Assembly (NCBI GenBank): GCA_963699255.1
Contig: OY969425.1
Span: 1,110,001-1,142,000 of the forward strand
Length of the DNA stretch: 32,000 nt
Direction: 5' to 3'
From: an uncultured bacterium
Lineage (GTDB): Bacteria > Margulisbacteria > WOR-1 > CAVSGV01
Below, piece by piece: positions 1-8,941 of this stretch (position 1 is its first letter; the number at the start of each line of letters is the position of its first letter). The notes beneath the pieces were generated by a model. It was not told the DNA's origin. It searched no databases and worked only from the letters and a program-made list of their open reading frames with translations. The translations under genes and the position numbers were made by a program.

Positions 1-49
1 CATTGTTTTCATAACCTGCATCAAGGGCTTCTACTTTCAGCATTTCCAT
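1..49 (-). CDS. ABC transporter ATP-binding protein, N-terminal fragment (continues off the window)
   Basis: The reverse complement of 1-49 reads ATG GAA ATG CTG AAA GTA GAA GCC CTT GAT GCA GGT TAT GAA AAC AAT = MEMLKVEALDAGYENN, a typical first strand of an ABC ATPase. Its ATG (49-47) overlaps the permease stop TAA (51-49) by 1 nt. The gene order is binding protein, permease, ATPase. Confidence 0.5.
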   Translation of the reverse strand, partial: MEMLKVEALDAGYENN

Positions 50-870
50 TATAATCCCAACCTCCTTCTCTGCATTGCGTATATGAACAGCGGACCGCTT
101 AAAACCATCATGACGATCCCCAGCGGTACTTCCGTCGGGAATATTATCCTTGAGAATATATCGATCAAAATAACAAGCGAAGCAGATGTCAATATTGAAG
201 CGGGGATCATGTACTTATAATTGAACCCGGTCACAAGCCTGACATAATACGGGATTATCAAGCCCGCAAGGCACAAAAGGCCGCAGGCGTATACGGCAGC
301 AGCCGACAGGATCAAAGTGACGATGAAAAGAAATACCCTGATCCATCTCACTTCCACTCCCAACGTTTTTGCCGTATATCCGCCGAACAAAAGCGCATTC
401 AGGTCCTTGTAATAAAACACATAAACCACAAGTCCCGCCAGTATGAACAGGAACGTGATAAATACTTTATACCATGTAGTTCCGGTCAGGCTCCCCAGAA
501 GCCAGGGGTATAATGAATGCAGGTTCAATCCGAAAGCGATCATGAAAACGGAAACCGCCGCGACAGCGGATGCGGCCAGGTAAAATAATTTAACGGCCAG
601 ATTATCGATAATTATCACGCCGAATATGCCGAGCATTATGGAGCCGGCCATGGCGAGCAGCGTGCCGGAAAGTATCTCAAGAAAAAGGCGGGGCATCCTT
701 ATTTGCCAGATCATCAAGGAAACATTTGTGCCGCCAAAAGCAAAGACGGACGTGAAAACTTTCTGGGCGGATATTTTTGTGGAACCTATAAGCAGTGAAA
801 GGAAAGACAGGATAACGATGACGATCAAAAGATAAACAACAAAAGGCAGCCGGGTCTTTAGTCTGCTCAT
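49..870 (-). CDS. FecCD/BtuC-family ABC importer permease (iron-siderophore / cobalamin type), unusually short
   Basis: 273-aa polytopic membrane ORF. The N-terminal WQIRMPR...LSGTLLAMAGSIM motif and the C-terminal E-x-P-x-G (PTEVPLGIVMMVLSGPLFIY) are FecCD hallmarks. It sits between a cognate binding protein and an ATPase. It is about 50 aa shorter than typical family members. Confidence 0.85.
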   Translation of the reverse strand: MSRLKTRLPFVVYLLIVIVILSFLSLLIGSTKISAQKVFTSVFAFGGTNVSLMIWQIRMPRLFLEILSGTLLAMAGSIMLGIFGVIIIDNLAVKLFYLAASAVAAVSVFMIAFGLNLHSLYPWLLGSLTGTTWYKVFITFLFILAGLVVYVFYYKDLNALLFGGYTAKTLGVEVRWIRVFLFIVTLILSAAAVYACGLLCLAGLIIPYYVRLVTGFNYKYMIPASILTSASLVILIDIFSRIIFPTEVPLGIVMMVLSGPLFIYAMQRRRLGL

Positions 871-884
871 TTACTCCCCCCGAT

Positions 885-1787
885 CTATGGTAGGGACCAT
901 CCATGTGCAAATGCCGCTATTTCCTCCAGCGCCTGCACAACCCTGGGTCCGGGCCTTGAAAAAACATCTGTCTCTATCGATACCGCCTTCTTGTTCTTCC
1001 CGGCGCTGGTCTTCCTGAAGTCCCTACTATTATATATACCTCTCGGATCGTTTGCAACATTTGTCCCTGTGATTATTACATCCGGATCGGCCTTTGATAT
1101 TTCATCCCTTTTCATCTCGGGGTACATACCTTTTCCCTTGGGAGAGACATCGATGAGGCCGGAAAGCTTAAGCAGGTCATGAAGATATGTGCCATCCGCA
1201 GCGACCGTAAGCGGGCGCTTTTTAACTACGACTACCGCCTTAAGCCTTCTCTCTTTCATTGCCCGCGCCTCGACCCATTCAACGCGGCGTTTCATTTTCT
1301 GAAGAAGGCTGTATGCCGAATGCTCCTTGTTCGTTACGGTCCCTATCACCGAGATCGTATTGTATATGTCGCGAAGGCTGTGAGGGTCCACCGCGAAGAC
1401 CTTTATAGGGCTCGGCTGAGATTCGCCCGATGCCGGCGGAAGCATTGTCCGCCTCAGCTGCGCAATGTCCGATTTTTGAGCCTCCAGGTTTGCCAGGACC
1501 AGGTCCGGCTTAAGTTCAGCGATCTTTCTGATGTCCGCCCTGTCATTGCCGACCTTCTCCGTCTGCTTTGCGTCTTCGGGATAATTGCAATTCTTCGTGA
1601 TCCCGACTATCTTGTCGTTCAGGTTCAAGGCAAAAAGTATTTCTGTAATGGCCGGATCGATAGATATTATCCTGGCCGGAGGCTGCTTTTGTTCCAGTAT
1701 GTCGCCGGACGCGTCCCTGGTCTTTATAGGATAAATGATCCTGTTAAAGCTTATTGCAGAGGCAATACCTGAAGCCAGAAACAACAT
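885..1787 (-). CDS. ABC transporter periplasmic substrate-binding protein (BtuF/FecB-like, class III PBP)
   Basis: 300-aa ORF containing ARIISIDPAITEILFALNLNDKIVGIT...KPDLVL, typical of PBP type 2/8 iron- or B12-binding proteins. It is adjacent to the FecCD permease. The true start may be ATT at 1814 (see findings). Confidence 0.85.
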   Translation of the reverse strand: MLFLASGIASAISFNRIIYPIKTRDASGDILEQKQPPARIISIDPAITEILFALNLNDKIVGITKNCNYPEDAKQTEKVGNDRADIRKIAELKPDLVLANLEAQKSDIAQLRRTMLPPASGESQPSPIKVFAVDPHSLRDIYNTISVIGTVTNKEHSAYSLLQKMKRRVEWVEARAMKERRLKAVVVVKKRPLTVAADGTYLHDLLKLSGLIDVSPKGKGMYPEMKRDEISKADPDVIITGTNVANDPRGIYNSRDFRKTSAGKNKKAVSIETDVFSRPGPRVVQALEEIAAFAHGWSLP

Positions 1788-1859
1788 TATAAGAATAATG
1801 GATGCTTTTCTAATTTTAATCTCCCCTTTTAGCCGGACAATGATACATTATGTTATGAT

Positions 1860-3992
1860 TTACTTTATCCCTAGCGACCTTAACATTTCGCTTGTGGCGA
1901 TAATCTTGCGCGGCTTATTGTCATCTTCAAGAGCTGATACTATCCCAGCGGCTTCCATTTCATCCATAAGCCTGGCGGCGCGATTGTACCCGATCCTTAA
2001 TCTTCTCTGCAGGTGGGATGTGGAAGCCTGTCCGCCGGATACAATGATCTTTACAGCTTCGGCGAAAAGGTCGTCCTTTCCCCCCTCACCCGCGGCTCCT
2101 CCGGCTGCCATCACCCCGGCTTCTATATCGATTATTTCCTGAGAATACTGCGGCTGGGCCTGCTTCTTTATGAAAGACGTGATGCGCTCCACTTCATTAT
2201 CGGAAACGAACGCGCCCTGAAGCCTGAACGGCTTCATAGCCCCTATCGGATGATAAAGCATGTCTCCCTTCCCAAGAAGTTTTTCAGCTCCGGCTATGTC
2301 AAGGATAACACGTGAATCGACTTGTGTGGCTACAGCGAACGATATTCTTGACGGGATATTCGCCTTTATCAGCCCTGTTATGACATCAACCGAAGGCCTT
2401 TGCGTTGCGATCACAAGGTGAATGCCGGTCGCGCGGGCCATCTGGGCTATTCGGCATATGGTCGTTTCAACCTCATTGGCCGCGACCATCATCATGTCCG
2501 CCAGCTCGTCAATGATTATGACCAGGTAAGGCAGGGCCTCAAGTTCTTTGGGCTTAGCCGCGGCCTTAGCGTTGAACGCTTCCAGATTCCTCACACCGGT
2601 GGCGTAAAAAGTCTTGTAGCGGCGGTCCATTTCCTTCAGGACCCATTCCTTTAATGTCCTTGCCGCTTTTCTCGGGTCAGTGACGACCGGAGCCAGAAGA
2701 TGAGGTATATCGTTGTAATGCGACAGCTCTACCATTTTCGGATCGATCATAACGAACTTGACCTCGTCAGGCCTGGCCCTTAAAAGCAGGCTGATGATCA
2801 AAGTGTTAATGCAGACACTCTTACCTGATCCGGTCGTGCCGGCTATGAGCAGATGCGGCATTTTCCCCAGGTCGCCGAAGATCGGAGCGCCTGACAGGTC
2901 CTTGCCGATGCTTATAAAAAGCTTTGAATAATGGTTCTGGAATTCTTCGGTCTTTACGATATCCCTTAACCGGACCGGATTAACGGTGGGGTTGGGCACT
3001 TCTATCCCTACCGCCGCCTTTCCCGGGATGGGGGCTTCTATCCTTACTCCCTGTGAAGCAAGATTAAGGGAAATGTCATCGGCGAGGTTCGCGATCCGGC
3101 TTACTTTAACTCCCGGCTCCGGCTGGACCTCGTACCTTGTCACGGCAGGCCCCTGATGGACGGCTACGACCGAAGCTTCTATCCCGAAAGATCTCAATGT
3201 TTCTTCGAGCGCCTTTTTCCTTATTTCGATCGTTTCCTTTAACTTTTCCTCCCTCTGGCGGTCCTTGTCCGTCGGCAGATCAAGCAGCTCAAGAGGCGGG
3301 AGTTCGTATCTGCCCAGCTTTTTAGGAGAGGCGACAGCAGGTCTGGGTTTTTGCGGCTCAGGCGCTTTTCTTTCTTCTTTCTCAAATTCAATCGTCGCGG
3401 CATTCAATTCCTTAATGACAGGTATCATGGAAGGGATCGATCTTCTATCGGCATTTTCGGCAGGCTTCGGCTTTTTCGCCGGCCATCTCTTAAAAAATAT
3501 TGTAAATAGATAATCCCAGAGCCTGGAAATAGCGTGCGTCAGGGTTATATTGAAGATCAGGATCAAGGATATAAGGAACATTGATGACAGGACAATGTAC
3601 GAACCAGTTGAGCCGAAGGTCCCTTCAAGCCCACCTTTGATGACGGAGCCCAAAAATCCCCCGTCGCCGAAAGAGATCATTGTGCAGAAAAGAAGGAGTA
3701 TCCCAAGGACCTGGACCGTCAGAAGAAAGGTCTGCCGCCTCAGCATGAGTATAACGCCGAAGAATCCAATGAAATAAGGAAGAAAGTAAACCCCTACTCC
3801 GATCGCGGGCATTATGAACTTCCTGACAAGGTAAAGGCCCATAAGACCGGTCGATCCTGCCGGCTGGCCGGAGGAATTCGTTGAAAGGAAAATAAAAAGG
3901 GCAAAAGCAATGAGCAGTATCCCGATTATGTCCTGCCTTAAGTGAGAAGGCTTTCCTGTTTGTTCGAATCTTCGCTTCCTTGCCAATTCCAA
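1860..3992 (-). CDS. ftsK: DNA translocase FtsK/SpoIIIE
   Basis: 710-aa ORF with N-terminal TM helices and a linker, a Walker A (GTTGSGKS), a Walker B ([12 protein letters not shown]), and a C-terminal gamma winged helix ([24 protein letters not shown]). It has a TTG start. Confidence 0.95.
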   Translation of the reverse strand: MELARKRRFEQTGKPSHLRQDIIGILLIAFALFIFLSTNSSGQPAGSTGLMGLYLVRKFIMPAIGVGVYFLPYFIGFFGVILMLRRQTFLLTVQVLGILLLFCTMISFGDGGFLGSVIKGGLEGTFGSTGSYIVLSSMFLISLILIFNITLTHAISRLWDYLFTIFFKRWPAKKPKPAENADRRSIPSMIPVIKELNAATIEFEKEERKAPEPQKPRPAVASPKKLGRYELPPLELLDLPTDKDRQREEKLKETIEIRKKALEETLRSFGIEASVVAVHQGPAVTRYEVQPEPGVKVSRIANLADDISLNLASQGVRIEAPIPGKAAVGIEVPNPTVNPVRLRDIVKTEEFQNHYSKLFISIGKDLSGAPIFGDLGKMPHLLIAGTTGSGKSVCINTLIISLLLRARPDEVKFVMIDPKMVELSHYNDIPHLLAPVVTDPRKAARTLKEWVLKEMDRRYKTFYATGVRNLEAFNAKAAAKPKELEALPYLVIIIDELADMMMVAANEVETTICRIAQMARATGIHLVIATQRPSVDVITGLIKANIPSRISFAVATQVDSRVILDIAGAEKLLGKGDMLYHPIGAMKPFRLQGAFVSDNEVERITSFIKKQAQPQYSQEIIDIEAGVMAAGGAAGEGGKDDLFAEAVKIIVSGGQASTSHLQRRLRIGYNRAARLMDEMEAAGIVSALEDDNKPRKIIATSEMLRSLGIK

Positions 3993-4006
3993 TACCTCTG
4001 GGCGAA

Positions 4007-4015
4007 ATTATAACA
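4007..4015 (-). promoter_or_regulatory. Extended -10 box TGTTATAAT upstream of ftsK
   Basis: The minus strand reads TGTTATAAT-ttcgccCAGAGGTa-TTG(3992). The same 9-mer and the same CAGAGGT recur upstream of gmk. Confidence 0.35.
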
Positions 4016-4181
4016 TAAAAGCAACCGCGACTAAAGCTCTCTTGCTATAGAATTGTAAGGGAAAAGAATATTTCTTCTGTCGGGCTGAATCCGGTGTCGC
4101 GGTTACATGGAAAACATTTGACCTGGCAGGACCATCAAAATGGTGGGCCTCATGATCACGAACGGGCTTATCCTTTTTTCT

Positions 4182-4640
4182 TCAATGCTTTAATAAGACC
4201 TGAATAAGAGTATCGACGACTATTTGTGACTTTCCGGAATCAGCGAGATTCCTTAAAACAGCTATTGACTGACTTCGACCAGTTTCATTACCTCCGGGCC
4301 AACTGCCCCAGTATCCGTTAACGGTCAATATATTGCTGAGTACATTATCGATCTTATTTGATAAGGCGACTTTTGCATGATCTTGAACAACGGTATTTTT
4401 ATCTTTCGATGCTATGTCAAGAGCGTTAATTATTTCTAACTGTAAATCCAAGGAAAGTTTGGAGAAGGTATCAAGGTTGCCAAGGGAATCTGCTGCGCTA
4501 ATTTGACCTTTCACATCATTTCCATTTCTCAGAGCCTTAATAAGATCTTCGATGTCTTTCGTTTTACTCATCATCATTCCATACTCAATCGGCGCCTTCC
4601 TTACTGGCACATTTTTCAAACTATCAACACCATCCGCCAT
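4182..4640 (-). CDS. Hypothetical protein, weak HEAT/armadillo-like repeats, no signal peptide
   Basis: 152-aa ORF behind a strong SD (AAGGAGG, 8 nt before the ATG). Its 18-nt translation-initiation region is identical to that of the neighbouring HEAT-repeat gene. The coding sequence is A+T-rich. Confidence 0.6.
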   Translation of the reverse strand: MADGVDSLKNVPVRKAPIEYGMMMSKTKDIEDLIKALRNGNDVKGQISAADSLGNLDTFSKLSLDLQLEIINALDIASKDKNTVVQDHAKVALSNKIDNVLSNILTVNGYWGSWPGGNETGRSQSIAVLRNLADSGKSQIVVDTLIQVLLKH

Positions 4641-4764
4641 ATTAAACGCCTCCTTTTGTTCCTGCCTATTTAGAGACCATATATCCCAAAAATTTCAGAT
4701 TTTGGAAATTCTGTTCTATAAACGGTTTGCCTCATTAACCCATACCCCCTCCTTGACCATCAAA

Positions 4765-5460
4765 TCATGAAGGGTAGATCTTTTTAAACAGGATATCCTG
4801 AAGAGATTGGAGGTTTTTCTTCCCCGGGTCCAGATCAGTGGCAGTCTTGAGTAATTCAACCACGTCATTATAAATGGATTTTAATTCCGGAATATTGTTG
4901 GACTTATCAATAAATTCCTTTACGTTGCTTGCGATAAATCGAACATTGTCATCTTTGTCCTTCAATAACATCGAGCTGAGTTGACGGCTTATCTTTATAT
5001 TGTCAGCCGAAGAAAGCTTGGTGCCTAGAATATTTTGCAAGGAAAATGCTATGCTGGCCCGAACATCACCATCTTTCTCCTTCTCCGATAGTTTAATTAG
5101 AGGGTCTATCATCTGCGACAACAGATCCCTGGAGGCCCCGACATCGGGGTAGCCAAAAACCCCCAGGGTTTCCGCCGCCACATTTCGAATATTCACATTA
5201 TTATCATTCAATTTATCAATAAGAAATTTGACCGTTGCCTGCTGTGAATGCAAAGAATTCAGTTTGTAAATGGACTTTTGTATTTTGATTTTTGCGCTAT
5301 CCGGTGCCGTACCAGTCCCGCTTTTTACCGCTTCGAACAGATCCTCTATTTGACTTTCTATCGTATCCTTTTTTGGCCCCTCCTTTGGCGCCTGTTTTAT
5401 AGCCTTTTGTTGAGAGAGTTTGTTCCCAGTGCTGTCGATCCTGCTAGAAAAATCTATCAT
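4765..5460 (-). CDS. HEAT-repeat protein (hypothetical)
   Basis: 231-aa ORF with repeated D-x-N/D-V-R-x-x-A/I motifs (NNVNIRNVAAETLG, DGDVRASIAFSLQ, DDNVRFIASNV), characteristic of PBS-lyase/HEAT-like repeats. It has an AAGGAGG SD. Confidence 0.65.
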   Translation of the reverse strand: MIDFSSRIDSTGNKLSQQKAIKQAPKEGPKKDTIESQIEDLFEAVKSGTGTAPDSAKIKIQKSIYKLNSLHSQQATVKFLIDKLNDNNVNIRNVAAETLGVFGYPDVGASRDLLSQMIDPLIKLSEKEKDGDVRASIAFSLQNILGTKLSSADNIKISRQLSSMLLKDKDDNVRFIASNVKEFIDKSNNIPELKSIYNDVVELLKTATDLDPGKKNLQSLQDILFKKIYPS

Positions 5461-5611
5461 ATTAAACGCCTCCTTCTAATGCCCCCCGGAAGTCCCAGCC
5501 ATATGGACATATTACATTATATACCATATATCAGCCATTTTAAATCAAGAAAATTGGAACAGGGAAACACGATCGGGGGCAAGATGGGAGTAAGACAACT
5601 ATACGGGAAAA

Positions 5612-5620
5612 TGATATAAT
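5612..5620 (+). promoter_or_regulatory. Extended -10 promoter TGATATAAT, 8 nt upstream of the ATG at 5629 (leaderless or very short leader)
   Basis: The sequence reads aTGaTATAAT-ccagagtc-ATG. AAGACA at 5592-5597 gives a 17-nt spacer. There is no SD between the box and the ATG. The identical 10-mer ATGATATAAT with identical N8 spacing precedes parA. Confidence 0.45.
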
Positions 5621-5628
5621 CCAGAGTC

Positions 5629-6843
5629 ATGATCGTAATCGTCATTTTCTTGCTTCTGATAGCAACTCTCATTTATTTCTACAAGCGCGAGTTCGAGGTG
5701 AGAACTATCGTTTCGAAGGCCGCCTCAGGCAAAGGGCCCAGGATAGGGATCGTCTCCGACTGGCACAATACGGGAGTTCCATACCAGTCAAGGTTCCTGT
5801 CCGAATGTTTGAGCGGAAAACACGACGTGTTCATATTCGCGTACAACAAATATATGAAAGACAAGGCTGATTGGGGTTATAAAAATCTTGTCTTCACAAA
5901 GAACATCAAGCCCTGGAAAGTGATCAACTGGATCAAAAAAGAAGGTTTGAAAGCGGTCTTCTTTCCTGACAGGCTGGAAGATCCGGAGGTCCTGGACTGG
6001 TGCAAAAAGAGCGGCGTAGCTACAGTGATGATAATAAATTATGAGACGATAAAGAAAGAAGAGTTCGATCTATACGGGAAGAACTCCTTTCTGATGTGCC
6101 CCGTCAGGTGCACATATGACCTGTTAAAAAAATGCGGGCTCAGGAACGTCCGGTTCATCCGCTGGGCGGTGGATGACGGGATTTTCTCCGCCAAAGGCGG
6201 ATCCGCCTCCGGCGGAAGTCCTGGAAAAACGCCGATCAGGCCGCCGATAAGGTTCATCCACAACGCGGGTTTCGGTGGAGCTCAGTGGAGAAAGAACACT
6301 CTCGCCGTCGTGGAAGCATTTGAATCCGCGTGTAAAAAGAACAAGAACATCATCCTGATACTTAAGTCGCAAAAGCCCATTAAGGAATATCCTGAAAAAT
6401 TACGTGATATAATAAACGACAACGGCAGGATAAGGGTGATAGACAAGGACCTGGACCTCGGCAGGCTGATAGAACTTTACCGCTCGTGCCATGTTTCCAT
6501 ATTGCCCAGCAAATGGGAAGGGATAGGCATCCCCTTCATAGAATCCCTTTCGCTGGGGCTTCCGGTGATCACCGTCGATGCTCCGCCCATGAACGAATGG
6601 GTAAAGGACGGCTTCAACGGGCTCCTTGCCAGGGTCCTTAGATGGGAGCAGAGAAAAGACAGGAAGCTTCTGGTCAAAGGCGCGATAGTTGACGCGCCTG
6701 ATCTTTCAAAAAAGATGCTCAAGCTCACGGACGGCAAGCTAATCGAAAGGTTCGGCAGGAACGCGGTCAGTAGCGCCCGGGGGATGAAGAAAAGATTCAC
6801 AAAAGAAGTTGAAAGGCTGGTAATTTCCGCATGCAAAAAGTAG
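5629..6843 (+). CDS. Glycosyltransferase, GT-B fold (GT4/GT1 family)
   Basis: 404-aa ORF with the C-terminal motif PSKWEGIGIPFIESLSLGLPVITVDAPPMNEWVKDGFNGLL (E-x7-E type). It overlaps the next GT gene by 13 nt. Confidence 0.85.
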   Translation: MIVIVIFLLLIATLIYFYKREFEVRTIVSKAASGKGPRIGIVSDWHNTGVPYQSRFLSECLSGKHDVFIFAYNKYMKDKADWGYKNLVFTKNIKPWKVINWIKKEGLKAVFFPDRLEDPEVLDWCKKSGVATVMIINYETIKKEEFDLYGKNSFLMCPVRCTYDLLKKCGLRNVRFIRWAVDDGIFSAKGGSASGGSPGKTPIRPPIRFIHNAGFGGAQWRKNTLAVVEAFESACKKNKNIILILKSQKPIKEYPEKLRDIINDNGRIRVIDKDLDLGRLIELYRSCHVSILPSKWEGIGIPFIESLSLGLPVITVDAPPMNEWVKDGFNGLLARVLRWEQRKDRKLLVKGAIVDAPDLSKKMLKLTDGKLIERFGRNAVSSARGMKKRFTKEVERLVISACKK

Positions 6844-8045
6844 CGATAATCGCCCCGAACTCGCTCCCGATCCCGCCCGTAAGGGGCGGAGGAATTCAAG
6901 CTGTAATTGCCGAGGTCGTCCCTCTCTACAAGGAATTCAAGCCTTATGTTTTTTCAAATTGTGAATACGGGATCGACAATCTGCCATTAAAAGAAACTTC
7001 CGGAGCAGTGGAACACAGGCGCATCTGCCAGTCTCCCTGGGACGAATTCAAGATCAACCTGAGGCATCTTTCCACCATGAACTATTTCCCGTATGTCTTT
7101 GAAATAATCAGGCAGATCAAAGAGATAAAACCGGACCTGATCGAAGTGATGAACAGGCCGTGGTTCCTGCCGATACTGAGAAAGTATCTAGGCCCGGACG
7201 TAAAGATTATCCTCCATCATTTCAACAACTATCTTATGGAAATGAACAAAAATAGGGCGAAAAAATACCTGGACCTGGTGGATGGTTTTGTAGGATGCAG
7301 CAACTTCACCGTCGAGGCGGAAGTATTGCGCAGGTTCCCGGAATATAAAAGCAAATGCTCTACCGTTAGCCACGGCATAGACATAAACAAATTCGATCCC
7401 GACAGGCTGGATCAAGCCGCTCTGGCCAAACTGAGAGAAAAATACGGCATAAAAAAAGATGATATCGTCTTTCTATATATCGGCAGGCTTTCACAAGACA
7501 AGGGCGCCGGACAATTCCTGGAAGCCGCAAAGGTGCTGATAAACAATATCGGGATCAGACAGGTAAAAGTGATGCTCGTCGGTTCAAGCTTTTTCGGCGG
7601 GCAGACCAAGGTAACTCCTTTCATGAAGGAGCTTCAAATTTCCGCGGAAGAAGTCAAAAAGAACATCATCTTCACCGGTTTCATAAACAGGCCGGACATA
7701 CCCGGCATTTACGGGCTCGCGAACATCGTCGTGGTCCCGTCCATAGTGATGGATGCTTCCCCTTCCGTATGCTACGAAGCTTCCGCAATGAGCCTGCCAA
7801 TAATAGCGTCAAAGCGGGGCGGCATACCTGAGATCGTGAAAGACAAAGAAACCGGGCTTCTGGTGAACGATCCCGAGGATATAGACGAACTGGCGGAAAA
7901 AATGCTATATTTCGTCAAGGAGCCCGATGAGGCCAAGGCATTCGGCCGCCGCGGCAGGCAGCTTATGGCAAAACATTATACTTGGGAGGCCGTAGCTGGT
8001 AAAATAGAGGACACGTACAGGAAGGTCCTTAAAGGAAGGAAATGA
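6831..8045 (+). CDS. Glycosyltransferase family 4
   Basis: 404-aa ORF with GRLSQDKGAGQFLEA and PSVCYEASAMSLPIIASKRGGIPEIVKDKETGLLV motifs. It has an ATGA overlap with the downstream gene. Confidence 0.9.
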   Translation: MQKVAIIAPNSLPIPPVRGGGIQAVIAEVVPLYKEFKPYVFSNCEYGIDNLPLKETSGAVEHRRICQSPWDEFKINLRHLSTMNYFPYVFEIIRQIKEIKPDLIEVMNRPWFLPILRKYLGPDVKIILHHFNNYLMEMNKNRAKKYLDLVDGFVGCSNFTVEAEVLRRFPEYKSKCSTVSHGIDINKFDPDRLDQAALAKLREKYGIKKDDIVFLYIGRLSQDKGAGQFLEAAKVLINNIGIRQVKVMLVGSSFFGGQTKVTPFMKELQISAEEVKKNIIFTGFINRPDIPGIYGLANIVVVPSIVMDASPSVCYEASAMSLPIIASKRGGIPEIVKDKETGLLVNDPEDIDELAEKMLYFVKEPDEAKAFGRRGRQLMAKHYTWEAVAGKIEDTYRKVLKGRK

Positions 8046-8941
8046 TGGCGAATTATCTGGTAACCGGCGGGGCCGGGTTCATAGGGTCCCATCTTTGCAG
8101 GAAACTCGAAGGCCTCGGCCACAAGGTCGTTTCTCTGGACAATATGCTGCACCCCTGCGAAAATCCCTTCGAATCGAAATTCGCGGACATCAGGTATTCG
8201 CAGGACATAGTGCAATTCTTCAAGGGGTGCGACGTCTGTTTCCACCTGGCCGCGCAGATATCCGTGGACAGGTCCATCCACAGCCCGCAGGAAACCATAG
8301 ACATAAACATCAACGGCACGCTTAACATGCTTGAGCTGTGCAGGAAACACGACGTTAAGCTCGTTTTCGCGTCAACTTCGGAGGTTTACGGGACCGCCCA
8401 AAAAGAAAAGATGGATGAAGACCACCCTCTTGATGCCCAGAGCCCGTACGGCGCGTCAAAGGCCGCCGCTGACAGGCTTTGCAAATCATACATCGATACA
8501 TACGGGATGAGCATCATGATCCTCAGGAATTTCAACACTTTCGGCCCTTACCAGAACGATGACAGTTACGGAGGCGTCATCGCAAGGTTCACGAAAGCGG
8601 CACTGGCGGGAGAGGATCTGAACATCTTCGGTTCCGGCGAGCAGGAAAGGGATTACATGTGGGTTGATGATGCGGTGAACGCTTACATAAAGGTCATGAA
8701 CCAAAAAGGGGTTTTCAACGCGGGAAGCGGCACCACGATAAAGGTGAACAGGATAGCGCATCTGATAAAGGAGCGCCTGAAAAGCACGAGCAAAATAGTT
8801 CACGTGGCGGGAAGGCCGGGAGAGGTGCAAAGGCTTTGCTGCGACGCGAAAAAAATAAAAGCTCTAGGATGGAAACCGAAGGTATCCATCGAAGAAGGAA
8901 TAAAGAAATATGTCGACTTCTATAAGAATTCCTTTTTATAA
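8042..8941 (+). CDS. NAD-dependent sugar epimerase/dehydratase (extended SDR)
   Basis: 299-aa ORF with a Rossmann motif (TGGAGFIGSHL) and a catalytic S...YxxxK (STSEVYG, YGASKAAAD). Confidence 0.9.
   Translation: MMANYLVTGGAGFIGSHLCRKLEGLGHKVVSLDNMLHPCENPFESKFADIRYSQDIVQFFKGCDVCFHLAAQISVDRSIHSPQETIDININGTLNMLELCRKHDVKLVFASTSEVYGTAQKEKMDEDHPLDAQSPYGASKAAADRLCKSYIDTYGMSIMILRNFNTFGPYQNDDSYGGVIARFTKAALAGEDLNIFGSGEQERDYMWVDDAVNAYIKVMNQKGVFNAGSGTTIKVNRIAHLIKERLKSTSKIVHVAGRPGEVQRLCCDAKKIKALGWKPKVSIEEGIKKYVDFYKNSFL

Noticed and set aside
4020-4181. Possible tRNA or small RNA genes in the larger spacers (4020-4181, 15417-15508, 19023-19240, 28921-29077).
   Set aside because: I found no cloverleaf-compatible arrangement and no GGTTCGAATCC-type T-arm or acceptor-stem complementarity. 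The structures present are explained by the repeats and hairpins described above.
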